Below, piece after piece: positions 1 to 11,716 of a DNA stretch of 64,000 bases. The stretch's first letter is position 1, and every line of letters begins with the position of its first letter. The DNA is from Schizochytrium sp. TIO01. Lineage: Eukaryota; Protista; Bigyra: Labyrinthulomycetes. The stretch is taken from NCBI GenBank assembly GCA_004764695.1, contig SMSO01000032.1, positions 7,162,483-7,226,482 of the forward strand. Direction: 5' to 3'. The position numbers and the translations under genes are program-made. Below the pieces are notes generated by a model that ran no database searches, was not told where the DNA came from, and worked only from the letters and a program-made list of their open reading frames with translations.

Positions 1-1
1 T

Positions 2-1357
2 TGTGTCGAGTCTAACTCAGACTATGGGATGATAGAATCGGAGCTTCAGTACGATATCAATTTTACTGTTCAGGAACTATACAAAACACAGAATAGTCTA
101 GGTTTTGGCGTTGTCTCTGTGGAAGAACATCTTGTTGGCGTATCAAAACTCGCCACTGACAATGAGACTTACCAGATGAAATTGGAATTGAGAGCCCATT
201 CCCGCTCTAATGCGCAGGACACTTATGGAATTCCCTGGCAGGATATTCTTGTATACCTTTTTGCGTTTGATCTATGTATGAACGTTTTTGCAAGACTAAT
301 GACGACACCAGTGCTCTTAAATGGAGTTAAAATCCGTAAAACAAAAGTTTTGGTGAAGGCAGATCTAGCTGGTGGTTTATTTACATCACCTGGGCGTTAT
401 TTTTCTATGTTTCTTCTTACGATTGTTTTTGGAGCACAGAATTACGTATTTTTAGATGCAGGGCATTACCCACATTCAATGGTATCTCATGTATGGTCTA
501 TTGCAGGTATTACCTCAATGTCGGGAATGCTTCTCACGATCCTCATGACGGGCACTGAATACAGATTTTTCACCACAGGTACTATGTTGTTCTTCCTTGC
601 CGGATTTGCTCGGGCAATCTTGTTGCAGCTAGTGATGGACAATGCGCAAACTTCCGTACGCAAGATTGGTCAGGTGCTGGAAAGGGATTGTACCCTCTTT
701 GATGAAGAGCATATGCACCTTAGTGAGATTCGTTGCAATGTTGCTGATAGTGTTGGAATGTCTGGATTGGAGGTGTCCTATAAGATTTTCTTCGAACCAG
801 TTGTAGTTACGATACTTTTGGTTTTCGCTCTTGAGATTATTGTAATTTTGTTCCACATTTCATGGTTTTGTATTAAAAAACGCGGGAAAGTTAACCCATC
901 TACTATGTCACACTCCTCCGGTACCATGTCCATAAACAGTCGGCACAGATATCGCGTGAGCGCACAGTCGACTATTCAAGGTGTCAGCGATTATGACAAG
1001 TGCGTTCTTCTCAGTAATCTTGGACACAGCCATTTTAGTCGTCAATGGGCAAGCCCAATCAACACGGTCCTGGGAAAGTTCACGCATGCCAGTACATCAA
1101 TCGAAGATGACCTAGTAATGTACGGGCCAGTCCTAATTAAGATGAATTATTTCCCTTACGCAGCAATAGCAGGGCGGATTCTAGGAAAGCGAGAAACGGT
1201 CGAGTGGATTATTCGGAATAAATTTTATGTTGGTGTATTAGCTTCAAATGGAAAGTTAGCGTCGAAACGTGAAAATGGCATCAAAGTAAGCAACTACATT
1301 TCTGAATATAAATTTGACGAAATGCCTTATCTGCTGAGCGGGGAGCCACTGCAGTAA
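2..1357 (+). CDS. Hypothetical multi-pass membrane protein, 5'-truncated by the window edge
   Basis: The 442-aa ORF from 29 is open in frame back to position 2. It has several hydrophobic segments (ILVYLFAFDLCMNVF, YFSMFLLTIVFG, VWSIAGITSMSGMLLTILM, VVVTILLVFALEIIVILF). Family not recognised. Confidence 0.6.
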   Translation, partial: CVESNSDYGMIESELQYDINFTVQELYKTQNSLGFGVVSVEEHLVGVSKLATDNETYQMKLELRAHSRSNAQDTYGIPWQDILVYLFAFDLCMNVFARLMTTPVLLNGVKIRKTKVLVKADLAGGLFTSPGRYFSMFLLTIVFGAQNYVFLDAGHYPHSMVSHVWSIAGITSMSGMLLTILMTGTEYRFFTTGTMLFFLAGFARAILLQLVMDNAQTSVRKIGQVLERDCTLFDEEHMHLSEIRCNVADSVGMSGLEVSYKIFFEPVVVTILLVFALEIIVILFHISWFCIKKRGKVNPSTMSHSSGTMSINSRHRYRVSAQSTIQGVSDYDKCVLLSNLGHSHFSRQWASPINTVLGKFTHASTSIEDDLVMYGPVLIKMNYFPYAAIAGRILGKRETVEWIIRNKFYVGVLASNGKLASKRENGIKVSNYISEYKFDEMPYLLSGEPLQ

Positions 1358-1908
1358 GACGTAAAGAACCTTGATCAATCGATATGCTACTTGTGATGCA
1401 AATATCAGCTCGGAGCATCCTACGAGGCGCAGCATGTGACATTAAATTCGACTTGACAGTTTATAGTCAGAGGTCCCATTCGCTCAGGTAAATATTTCAA
1501 ATTGCATATTTTTATTTGCGATTCATAGCTGATCCTGCTCAGTCCTCTAATTAATTTTGTGGACTTAGAGTTATGAGGCTATACAAGCGATTCTACTCAT
1601 ATAGGCTTGGAGTCTTTGCGGGAAGCGCTGTTGCTTCCAAGTTTATATGTATTATATTTTAATCATACAAGAAAATGTATCTCTCAACCCTTCCCATTTT
1701 TTTTTTTTAAAGTTCATGCAAAATCTACTAGTATCAAAACAAATTAACCAAATTGATTAAAATTTTAACCAAGAAGGAAACAGAAGCAAGGTATCATATG
1801 GATCTAAGCGAGGGAACTTAATCGTTGGTCAACAATAAAATTTAATTTCTATCTATCAGAAACCTCTCATACAGTATCCAAAAATAGCTCAGAACTCATA
1901 CTGGGTTT

Positions 1909-3810
1909 TCAATATTGGTCCAGCTGGACCCCACCCAAGGAAGCAACTTCTTTTAGTGCTTGCTCTACTTCGTAAGCAAACTCTTCTGAGTCGGTGTCTG
2001 AACTGCTGCGTTTCGACTCAACGCATAAAGTAACCTCGTCTTTGCCAGGGATATAGCATATCCCATATCCATTAGAAATTGCGGCTCCAAATAGACCACC
2101 AACAAATGGTCTTGAAATATAGGAGTTATTGGACGTCGATAAAATGAAGTTGGTAGCTTTGGCAAAGACAGGGTGACGAAATAACTCTGGTGTTGCTCCT
2201 TCAAACCGAAGACCAAGCAAATGTCGATCAATACCACGCCCGATTTGCCCTTTTTGAATATACTCTACATGCATATCGCATGCTTTCCGTAGATACTCGC
2301 CGGCTTGAGGAGATTTCGAAAGAGCTGCATTCACGAATTTTTCACTTGCAGTAGACACGACTCGACAGGTTTCTGTTCTTCCCTTGAAGAATTGCACCAT
2401 ACCAATAGTTGCATAGGTAGGTGGAGGCAAAGTTGAGCCTGTTCTACGGCGCCATGCAAGTTGCATTGCCATGTGCACTGCAGCATCGGGGCTAATTTTC
2501 GCTTCTTTCCAAACCTGCCGGCCAAGTCCGTAGCATTGATGAACAAAGACATCAGAATCAGCTATTTCAATGTCAATAATACGCTCAGCTTCTCGAATCC
2601 AGTCAAGAGATTTCTCATCTAAACTAAATTGGACTCGCTGGAACGGAAGAACAGCTCCTTTCGACATTGAGTCGTTCTCTTTCGTTGCTTCATCCTCAGC
2701 ATATGGGAGTGCATGATCGAGAAACATTCCCAAGGGAACAGGGGCATCAGCCCAACTATGCTCTACATTAATGGATGGATTGCCATCTTCTTTGATTCTC
2801 AATTGAAAAGATTTATCAAACCAAGAAGAACGCCCATCTCCAACAAGACCACTCTTGGCACATTCAGAATTGGTCGTGTCAATTCCATCTTCCAGCGAAA
2901 CAGCAAAAATGCTTGATTCAACTAAGTGCAACGCATCAACATTAGAAACAGAATTCAGCATGTGAGTTCGTGCTTGTGCCCATTGTGTCCGTGGAAGACT
3001 TGTTAAAACCGGAACTGGGTTGGGATCATTTCCTAGAGTTTTAGCTTCCTTTTGAATAGCACTAAATGTGGCTTTCAGATCCTTTAAAGAAACCACCTCG
3101 CGGCCTGAGAGGACAGGAACCGCATACAATCGCCTACCAGCAATAACAATAACGTGCTTGGAATCTTGCTCTTGATATTTTTCGAGGTGGTCCTCCTCGA
3201 TGCCAGGAACTCTGTTCAGCGAAAACATACGTTTATATTGCTCCATGCATTGTGGCGCGCCTCCACGGCCTTCGGACGCTGGAACCTTTTCCTTAAGAAG
3301 CTGGATATGATAAAGTAAAGCGCCCCGAGTTAACGCGGCTGCAGAGAAACATTGATTCCATTGCTTTCGTGCATCACCAAACAGGTAGCCCGCTACATTA
3401 CTGTGAATAGGCAACCCTACGCGCCATTGCATGTATGCACCTGGAATCCAGATATGATCAAGCCAGTTGCGATCCCTTTCAGCATAAGCCTCCAACTTGG
3501 CATGTGCAGCAGCAACACTGGGGTCCTTTTTTGCTTCTTCAACAAGATGTGCGACTTCTTGTATATCACTCTCTGTCTGCAAATATGGCCGAACGGTTTG
3601 CAAGAATTTGTCTAAGGTATCTTCAACCTTTGGCAGTGGAAGTTGAGGTAGGCTGTCCTGGTTTGCATATGTCGATGCAAAACGTTGACCTACATCTTGC
3701 GAACGAGGTCGCGCGATCGTAAAAGCAAACGAATAGGATGGAGACGCCCCAGCACTCAGCAATTTTAGGTTGCCATGATAAAATGTCCTCCGCAACATCT
3801 GGCTCCGCAT
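1909..3810 (-). CDS. Carnitine/choline O-acyltransferase (CrAT/CPT family), probably mitochondrial
   Basis: N-terminal LPQLPLPKVEDTLDKFL signature, RNWL, WFDKS, catalytic EHSWADA, GRTET and GIDRHLLGL. The N-terminus is Arg/Ser-rich and transit-peptide-like. Confidence 0.93.
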   Translation of the reverse strand: MRSQMLRRTFYHGNLKLLSAGASPSYSFAFTIARPRSQDVGQRFASTYANQDSLPQLPLPKVEDTLDKFLQTVRPYLQTESDIQEVAHLVEEAKKDPSVAAAHAKLEAYAERDRNWLDHIWIPGAYMQWRVGLPIHSNVAGYLFGDARKQWNQCFSAAALTRGALLYHIQLLKEKVPASEGRGGAPQCMEQYKRMFSLNRVPGIEEDHLEKYQEQDSKHVIVIAGRRLYAVPVLSGREVVSLKDLKATFSAIQKEAKTLGNDPNPVPVLTSLPRTQWAQARTHMLNSVSNVDALHLVESSIFAVSLEDGIDTTNSECAKSGLVGDGRSSWFDKSFQLRIKEDGNPSINVEHSWADAPVPLGMFLDHALPYAEDEATKENDSMSKGAVLPFQRVQFSLDEKSLDWIREAERIIDIEIADSDVFVHQCYGLGRQVWKEAKISPDAAVHMAMQLAWRRRTGSTLPPPTYATIGMVQFFKGRTETCRVVSTASEKFVNAALSKSPQAGEYLRKACDMHVEYIQKGQIGRGIDRHLLGLRFEGATPELFRHPVFAKATNFILSTSNNSYISRPFVGGLFGAAISNGYGICYIPGKDEVTLCVESKRSSSDTDSEEFAYEVEQALKEVASLGGVQLDQY

Positions 3811-4878
3811 GATGCCCTCTCTTGTTGACCTCAGATACCAGAATACTCAATTTAGGATCTGATTTGGGTTAAGGGCGCATTTGGTCGACCTGGATATCAG
3901 ATTTATAAATAAAAAAGTAAAAATAAAAAACTCATAACCAACCATAATAATAATCTACTAGCCTTAGGAAGGAGGAGAGAAGAGTACTAATAGGAGTATA
4001 TAAATGTTTATCCTTTCCAATTTTTCAATCTGTTCTTTTCAATTCAAAAATAAATAAATAATACAGTAAAAGATCGGAATGGAAATGCGTGCAGAGACAT
4101 TTGAAATTCACAATAAATACCTCTGGGGTCCCTACTTTGCGAAACAAGGTGCGCTATTACAGCGCGCATGGCTCTGATAGGCTGCGTCTATAAATAAATT
4201 GTAATTGATAAGGCATTGTTTTGATTTTTTTTTCATGCAAGCAAGAACAGTTTGACCAAATAAATGATTAATTAGAGCCCTACATTGGTTGGGTTTAATT
4301 GATGTTTCATGATTAAGACAGGCAAACTCAAACTAACCTCATCTTAAATAATGAGAATATGAACTTAAATCGTGGAGCAACAGGATTCGTTCTTAGAATA
4401 TCCTTGTAATATATCAGACACTTGACTCGTGAGAGGCACTCCAAGCTAATGTTTCGAGGTCAACATTATCGAACATGTGTGCAAGCATCACGTCTATAGT
4501 GCATCTTTAAATCAAGAGAGTGGAAAGGATTAAGATCACCATGGTACGTACTCTGTTTTTTTTATTTAAAAAAAAGGAGAAATGATTAGTTGCGAGATGT
4601 CGCCGAAAAGGCACAATTTCAAGTACATACCTAGGCTCATCTGCTGCAAACCAAAGATGGGCACGTGCGACGAAAACATTGCGTATCGTATAGATCTGAT
4701 AATGACATAAATCACTTCTTTTATAGGTTGGTATGGAACTGTTCACTTAGTGGGAAAATACAATCTTCATTTCAATTTGAAGAAGTCAGCTGGCATTGTC
4801 ACTGGAATCCATAAAATCCCAAGTTGTCCCTGTTCGGACAGTAGCTTCAATAGTGTTGTCTTGAGATGCGATCATTCC

Positions 4879-7800
4879 TCATTTTGATTCAAGCCCTTTG
4901 CGCAGAATGGATGCCAAATCGCCATTATTTTCTGGAGTACTACTTTTCGGACGCATGTATCGCGGGGAATCAGATTGCCCAAGAGGTTTCAAGGTTGCTC
5001 GGCCAGGTACAATGGATGTTTGCAAATTCGTAGGAAGGTGTGAATCAGGAGGCGATGGCGCTGGCTTTGGTGGGCGAGGTGGTGCGGAAAATGATGATTC
5101 TTCTGAAGCAGTTGGCGCTGCACGAGATGGTCGAGAGAATTGACGATCATGCACATATAAACTTTGAGAATCGGTATCGTCATCAAGATCTGCGGTGGAC
5201 TCCTCCTGAACTCGCGGCATATTAGGCGGCACCGAGGTTCTTCGTTGATGAGAAGGAGGAGGGCGAGACTGTTCAATCGTATCTGGTGCAGAAGGTGCCA
5301 TATCCTCTATGATATGGTTCACCAAGTTGTCAACAATCTGCTCCATTCGACCAGGATCTTCATTGCAAACCTGTTCAATCTTTGCAGCATTTTCACAAAC
5401 CTGTTCCACTATTCGGTGAAGTTTTTGGCGTAGTGCCTTGGTTGAAGAACTGTTCGTGGTTGCAGCAGCTGTTGGGGTACACGCATTGGGGTTTAAAAAA
5501 GGGTGTGATAAAAGTCCCCGGCGGCCATTCTTGTCCACGATTGGCGACCTTCTTGCTGGATCAAATTGCAAGCATTCTTTGATGGAGTCGACCATGTCAG
5601 GATAGGGTACTTCGAGCTCCGGAAATGCAATCTTATAGTTGGGATCCGAAATGCAATGGATTTTTTGAATAAGTTTCAGCTCATGAAATGGCGTCTGTCC
5701 ATAGACCAACAAGTACAAAATACATCCCATAGACCAAATATCACTTGCCCGGCCTTGCTTGAGCTTCATCCCTGGCGCGCCAATTTTGGGTCGGGAACCT
5801 GGAGCACTATTGATATCAATAATTGATTCAGGGCTCATAAAATTAAGAGTTCCAACCTGGGTGTCGCGCATGATATTAGTTGTGTCATTGGAGATTGCTT
5901 TTGCAATGCCAAAATCAATAAGCTTGAGTTTGCCTTTCACGAACAAAAAGTTTGCAGGCTTTAGATCGCCATGAACAATCCGCTCTTCATGAATCGCATG
6001 CACGGCTTGCAGCATATTCATCCACACTAGCCGAATGAAATTCACAGAGAGATTGCCTACCATTCCTGGTTCTGGTTTTGCTGCTCGCTGCTGTTGTAGC
6101 ATAAGATTCAAATCTATCTCTCCATGTTCCATAACAACATAAATGACTTTTCGTGAATGGTCAATCTCAGAGTCAATCAGAGTAATAATATGCGGATTTC
6201 CACGAAGTCGTTCCAATAGAGAAATTTCATTCTTGAAGCTGCTCAGCGCGGATGCGTCCGATCGAGAGAGTTTGATACGCTTCAATGCGTATATTTGGGG
6301 TTCATCCTCCCCTATAGCGAGAACCTTGAAGACTTTACTTGATCCACCACGTCCAATTACTGCGAGGCGTAAATAAGGACGACCATTTACCATGAATAAG
6401 TTTTTGTTTGAAAACATAGAGTCATGAAACCCCCGCGCCTCTACAGGGAGACTGTCTCTTCTGTCGCCATGTTGCGCAATTCCAGAAGTGATGCTCGCAT
6501 TTGCTGATAGGCGAGGTTCCTTCGCAGCAGAGCCTTCCAATCCAGAATGCGTCCTGCGTAGAACTACTGTGGGAGGCTTGTCATCAACAAGTGGAGCTCT
6601 TACCGTAGGTTTTGCAGGAGCATCTTTATCTTCTTGATCTCCAATCGGCATTGTCTGGGTTGGCTCGTTTTCCTTGAGCGGTTCCGGGTGTGTGTCCTGA
6701 TTGGGGGATCGCAAAGCATGTTCTGGTTTCCAATTTTTAATGTAACTCAAATCTCCTATCCTTTCCTTAATTGAACTCTTGTCTGAAGAAGGTGTCAGAA
6801 CACTTCCTGTTCCCGTACTTGAACCATCACCTTCAGCAATTACGCCCAGTGAAGAGTCTGGAGAAGATTGTGGATCTCCCGAGTTGGAAGCTCCTGGACT
6901 TAACACCGTTTCGTTTTGGTTTGGCACAGTTAGCCCTGTCTCTTCATCCTTGAGCACTACGCGTTGAGCACGACCAATCTTTGTGAGCTTCGTTTGCTTA
7001 CTGAGCAACCCAGTACGCTTTATTGAACTGCGCAGGGCCGTTGATCGCACACCTGTGCGACTGGAGTTCAACACTACGGTAGGCTCGGCTTTTGCAGGTG
7101 TCGCTGATAGCTCATTCTCTCTTGAAGATATTGTTCGCACTTTACGTGAGGCTGCGCCTCCTGAATCGCGACGCTTCTCAGAATTATCGTTAATGTTTGT
7201 TGGGCTAGTTACGCCTTGTGATCTAGAAGACCCAGATGACCCTGATTGAAAGGCGACTGTTACATCACCGTCGACTTCTGTTTGACTTTTCGCGAGCCAT
7301 GATTTAAGAATTGAACTTTTCTGGTTTGAATCAATGACTTTACTCTTCACAGCGTAGTCAATTACTTGAGCTGCCTCATCTATCGAGTAGTTCCGGGCCG
7401 CGAAACCAGACCATTGCTCATACAGCTCCTTGTAGTACTTGGCAATTCCACACTTGAACATGTGTTGGTAAACCAACCGAGCACACTTGGGCATGCCTGA
7501 TTTTTCCACAAATTGTGCGAGGGAAAGCCATATTCGGAGTTTGCTGTATGAGGCATTTTGCAAGTCCTTTGTATCCTGCTCGAGAAGTTTGATTTGTGCT
7601 TGAGTGCTAGCCTCCGGAGACAAATGCACGAGACAGGCGGCATCGTGCTGGAACAGAGCCTCGCAAGATTTGGTCTCAGTGCTTTCTTTCTGCAAAGCGG
7701 CATTCACTAAAGAACGCCGCGCAGTACTTGCAGGCGAGCAGAGCTCGGAGATCTCCTCACTCACATTATCAATATTGGAGGTGTCAAATGCCAGTTTTCG

Positions 7801-7890
7801 GTTGCGATCAATGGAGCGCTGTGTCCTCAATTTAATAGAATTAATACCACCACTGTCTGGGACAAGGTTCTCCTTGTCTGGAATCGTCAT
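4879..7890 (-). CDS. MPS1: Mps1/TTK spindle-checkpoint dual-specificity kinase
   Basis: Kinase motifs IGRGGSSKVFKV, YALK, HGDLKPANFL, KLIDFGIAKAI, DTTNIMRDTQVGTLNFMSPE, and GRASDIWSMGC, typical of Mps1. N-terminal helical TPR/Mad3-Bub1-like region. Confidence 0.93.
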   Translation of the reverse strand: MTIPDKENLVPDSGGINSIKLRTQRSIDRNRKLAFDTSNIDNVSEEISELCSPASTARRSLVNAALQKESTETKSCEALFQHDAACLVHLSPEASTQAQIKLLEQDTKDLQNASYSKLRIWLSLAQFVEKSGMPKCARLVYQHMFKCGIAKYYKELYEQWSGFAARNYSIDEAAQVIDYAVKSKVIDSNQKSSILKSWLAKSQTEVDGDVTVAFQSGSSGSSRSQGVTSPTNINDNSEKRRDSGGAASRKVRTISSRENELSATPAKAEPTVVLNSSRTGVRSTALRSSIKRTGLLSKQTKLTKIGRAQRVVLKDEETGLTVPNQNETVLSPGASNSGDPQSSPDSSLGVIAEGDGSSTGTGSVLTPSSDKSSIKERIGDLSYIKNWKPEHALRSPNQDTHPEPLKENEPTQTMPIGDQEDKDAPAKPTVRAPLVDDKPPTVVLRRTHSGLEGSAAKEPRLSANASITSGIAQHGDRRDSLPVEARGFHDSMFSNKNLFMVNGRPYLRLAVIGRGGSSKVFKVLAIGEDEPQIYALKRIKLSRSDASALSSFKNEISLLERLRGNPHIITLIDSEIDHSRKVIYVVMEHGEIDLNLMLQQQRAAKPEPGMVGNLSVNFIRLVWMNMLQAVHAIHEERIVHGDLKPANFLFVKGKLKLIDFGIAKAISNDTTNIMRDTQVGTLNFMSPESIIDINSAPGSRPKIGAPGMKLKQGRASDIWSMGCILYLLVYGQTPFHELKLIQKIHCISDPNYKIAFPELEVPYPDMVDSIKECLQFDPARRSPIVDKNGRRGLLSHPFLNPNACTPTAAATTNSSSTKALRQKLHRIVEQVCENAAKIEQVCNEDPGRMEQIVDNLVNHIIEDMAPSAPDTIEQSRPPPSHQRRTSVPPNMPRVQEESTADLDDDTDSQSLYVHDRQFSRPSRAAPTASEESSFSAPPRPPKPAPSPPDSHLPTNLQTSIVPGRATLKPLGQSDSPRYMRPKSSTPENNGDLASILRKGLESK

Positions 7891-9205
7891 GCTGCAAGCC
7901 AGACCTTGGCACTTCAGAGGGCAACGTTAATTTCAAGAAGCGCGCCTGGTATCTGGTCCGAGTTGCAACCAATATCGCTGCAACCCCGGCTTCCGTTGCA
8001 AGAGCCAGAACTGATAATCTCAGTTTCAACCAGCCTTTAAGCGCAACAAAGTCGTTTTAATATCTTTGGCCTTGTCACAGTCGAGGTTTGAGCTGCACTA
8101 CTTCAGACCTTCGGTTGCTCAATATTATGTAGTGAAAAAGGTGAAAACTGCCCAATGTAAAAAACCGCCCTCGCGTCCCACCTTGATCAGACGAATTCCC
8201 CTCTTCGTTCAACAAAGCAGAGCTGTTAGACAAAGCTAAAGCTAAGTAAGATCGACTGAGCAGCCTGTTTCCCCTGCCTTTCTTGCCCTTTGATCCACAG
8301 ATCGTGATCTTCTTGTGCCGCGAAGTGGTTATTAGTAAGTGATTGGAGTTTGTTGCGTTGTTTCACTGTTGCGGTTTGCAAAATCGTTTACTTATATGTT
8401 ACTATAAGACTACCATAGGATTGTTCTCCCTTACCAGCTCTCGTCATTTGCGACCTCGGTCTGAGTATAATATTAGTTCTCGCGCTGGGTCATAATATTA
8501 CACAAGTCACTTCATGGTGTATCTAAAACGAAGGGTCTACTCAATTGGTTAGCCAGCAACGAGACTGTTAAATGTTGAGCTAAATTTCATTCACCATCTA
8601 TCGTGCAGACGAAGGAATTTGCTTTAGAATGAGTTATACTAACTTATGGCAGGAACGATCTGAAAGTCAAGTGAGCGACTGCAGTGCATCGATGAAAAGG
8701 AAAGATGGAGCGCTTGATGCTTGCGCACTGTTGGTTATTTACTCAAATAATATAGAGGATATGGCTATACTATTTGTTCTTTCCTTTGAATGATCTGGTT
8801 CATCATTTTCATTTCTCCTTCTTCGTTTTTCTACCCCTGTTTTGTGTCCTTGAGTTCCGCCTTGAATAGTGCACCAAATTTCTTGTATGCATTCCTGATG
8901 AAAACGTTAAAGTTCTGCATGATTCTCAAGTTCTCTAGAACTTGAAGGAAAAAATGATTCTTACATAGCAAAACAATGAGTATTGGATTTATTATTTTTT
9001 TAACAATCTGCAATTGGAAAGGAGCAACCATTGCCGTCCTATCGAGTGGGAACATTTTTATTAGCTTATATCTCCAACTTAAATGTCATGAAAAGTCCAA
9101 TGTGTATGTTTCATGTAGATGTTTTTGGCAATACCCAGATGTTTGATGTCTGATCTGGTCACAATCAAGGGCAGTTCTGTGACTTTCTATTTGAGATATT
9201 GATCG

Positions 9206-9655
9206 TCATTTCCGGTGTCGGCGATGACCTCTTGTGCCTGTAAAACATTCACAAAAGGCCTCGAAATCTTCAATAGCAAGAAGTAAATCAACAAACCAGT
9301 GGTTGATATCTTCTTCAAAAAGCGCACAGTATTTTCCGTCGAGGCTTTCCCTACACTCTTGAAAGAAAGTTGTTCGCTCGGCGTTGTTTTCTTCGAGAAA
9401 CGTTTGAAGCATTCTGTCTGAATTCTTGACGTATTTCATATGTGCTTCCGTCTGCTCCAAAGAGTGTTCGGCAAGTTCTTCGAATGCATCTCTGTACTCC
9501 TCCAAGATATCTTCTCGTAGGTTCTTTAGCTGAGGTGCGAGCTCCTGGCTTGCTCGGTACAGCAACGTCCATGATTTTTCATCTGATACCCGAGACGGCC
9601 TTGGCGATTGTGACTCCCACTCCTTTCCTTCAATTGTTCTTGACTTGCTCTCCAT
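9206..9655 (-). CDS. BART (ARL2-binding) domain protein, CFAP36/ARL2BP-like
   Basis: 149 aa. The EHSLEQTEAHMKYV...LQTFLEE...FF..C...FVDLLLAIEDFEAF pattern matches the BART fold. Confidence 0.7.
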   Translation of the reverse strand: MESKSRTIEGKEWESQSPRPSRVSDEKSWTLLYRASQELAPQLKNLREDILEEYRDAFEELAEHSLEQTEAHMKYVKNSDRMLQTFLEENNAERTTFFQECRESLDGKYCALFEEDINHWFVDLLLAIEDFEAFCECFTGTRGHRRHRK

Positions 9656-10302
9656 CGTCGCTTCCCTTTTGACCTAGTGCAGTTATGCTTGGTGCATCTT
9701 GTCTCAGTGTTTCCCCACTTTAATTCCGCATCACTTACTTCAAGTTGTACTAGTACCGGCACCACAATTATACAGCTAGCCGTTCTCGGCAAAATCGGCA
9801 AATCATTACTTCCACTTTTGATAAATTAAATACTCCGGTCTTTGCGAGAGTACATAAAATAGTTTTAATATTGGTAAAGAAAACCAAAAACCAAAACTCA
9901 GTGTGTGACTTACTTTAGAAAAATGTCAACAACTGGCAGTCGAATCTATGCATCGAGCCCATCGTCGAGCTGTTATCTTCTCTTACATTGTAGAGTTGAC
10001 GAGCTGGCCGCTCGCTCACGACACATCACGCGGAGCCTTTTATCTTCAACACTTTGCCATTTGTTATTTGTTCCTATTATAATAAAAGCATAATATCATC
10101 ATCGACGTCAACAACATCACCAACAGCCTAACAATAGTCCAGAGAACCCCATTCTTAAAGTTCAATCAGAAGTCATGCACGCTCCCAGCATAAAGGACCT
10201 AAAGCGTGGCGACCAGAACCTTAGGGAACCTACATTCCACCTCCTCTGGCGCTAGGGTTTCGAGCGGCTGTATTACAATGTCAACCAACTTATACCGTGC
10301 AG

Positions 10303-10334
<32 letters not shown>

Positions 10335-11716
10335 ATACGTACGTACCTACCTAGCGATCACAAAGTTAGCTTGTTCCCATATCGCGCATCAACAATGTCC
10401 ACAACCCTTTTGTGAATTCCCTGCAGCCTCCACATCTCTCAGCCCTTGTGTATGCATGTGCTGGCAATGTCCTTGCCCCTCGAGCCAGCATATAACACGC
10501 ACGGAGGGATGAGCGCCGTGGTAAATTGTGAATTCATTCCTTTAGCTTCGAATTAGCGCATTCTCTATCTCTCCATCCATCTTGAGGCTTTGGTAACGAG
10601 GAGCTGTTCTGTTCATTTCGTCTAATTCCGCCATCCAGCACACCAACAAAGAAGCAAGCACTCGAGAGGCCCGCCCAAGCTGCAAATCTCGCACCAGAGG
10701 TGGCTTTTATTGGCGCTCCGCATAAATTGTCGCAGGGCTTTTGGCGTTTTGCGAACCGTGGATGGGATGGAATGGAATGGAATGGAGCGGAATGTTTGTA
10801 CCTCCGTCAATCCCTCATGAACTGCATAAACTCCTAGCGTTTAGGCTATCTGGGGGTAGCGCGAAGTAAAACTCAGAGAACACGAGTAGAAATAAGGAAC
10901 AAATAAGATTAAAAGCGAGAGCAAGGAAAGCAAAGCCGAGACCTCGAGGGGTCCTAACGGGGCCGTGGGTCGACCTTCCTCTCGCAAGCTCCGCTCTTCT
11001 GCGGCGCAGAGGCGTCGCCAGAAAGACGCCTGTCTCGCGTGCCTGGCCGTCTGCCTCGGAACCTTGGGTCCGCCTTTCTTGCGCCGTCTGTACTGCTGTT
11101 GATTGCGTCGTCCCTACCGCGCTTCTCCATTTGCCGACGTCCTCGTTCCGTAGTCCATCTCCTCGAGACTGCGCAGCTTCTCCGCACTGATTGTTTTTTG
11201 GCTAGCTGCTGGCACAGCTGTGAAGGGGGATCGTGATACCACTACGTGCTCGCGAGCCTCAATAAACGAGAATCATCAATATAGAGAGGTACAAAAGTGT
11301 ATATATATACAATATATACAGAACAGAGGCACGTATTTTCGAAGGTTTTCCTGGGCGCTGTAGTGGATTTCTGAGCATTTTACAAGTTTCCTACTCCTCG
11401 ACATCAGCAGACAAAGCTCAAAGGAAAGAGTTGACTCAGGTTCAGATCTGCTGGGCTGGTGTTGTAGAAAGTCTGGGCGAAACATTTATAACTAGACGCG
11501 TGGCGGGCTCTTCGAGATCGCTTCAGTCCGTTGCAGCTTACAAGACCTTGTAATTTCTCTGCTGGTCTTTAATTGTTGCTGCTCTGGAGCTGAGGATCAT
11601 TCAATAACGTCTGTCGAGAAGTGGAATCTCAAATTTTAGGATTTTAAATTTTGGGAGCGGACAAGACAACACTGTAAAAAGGGATTACGAAAGGTTGCGG
11701 GCTGTAGTTTGATACG

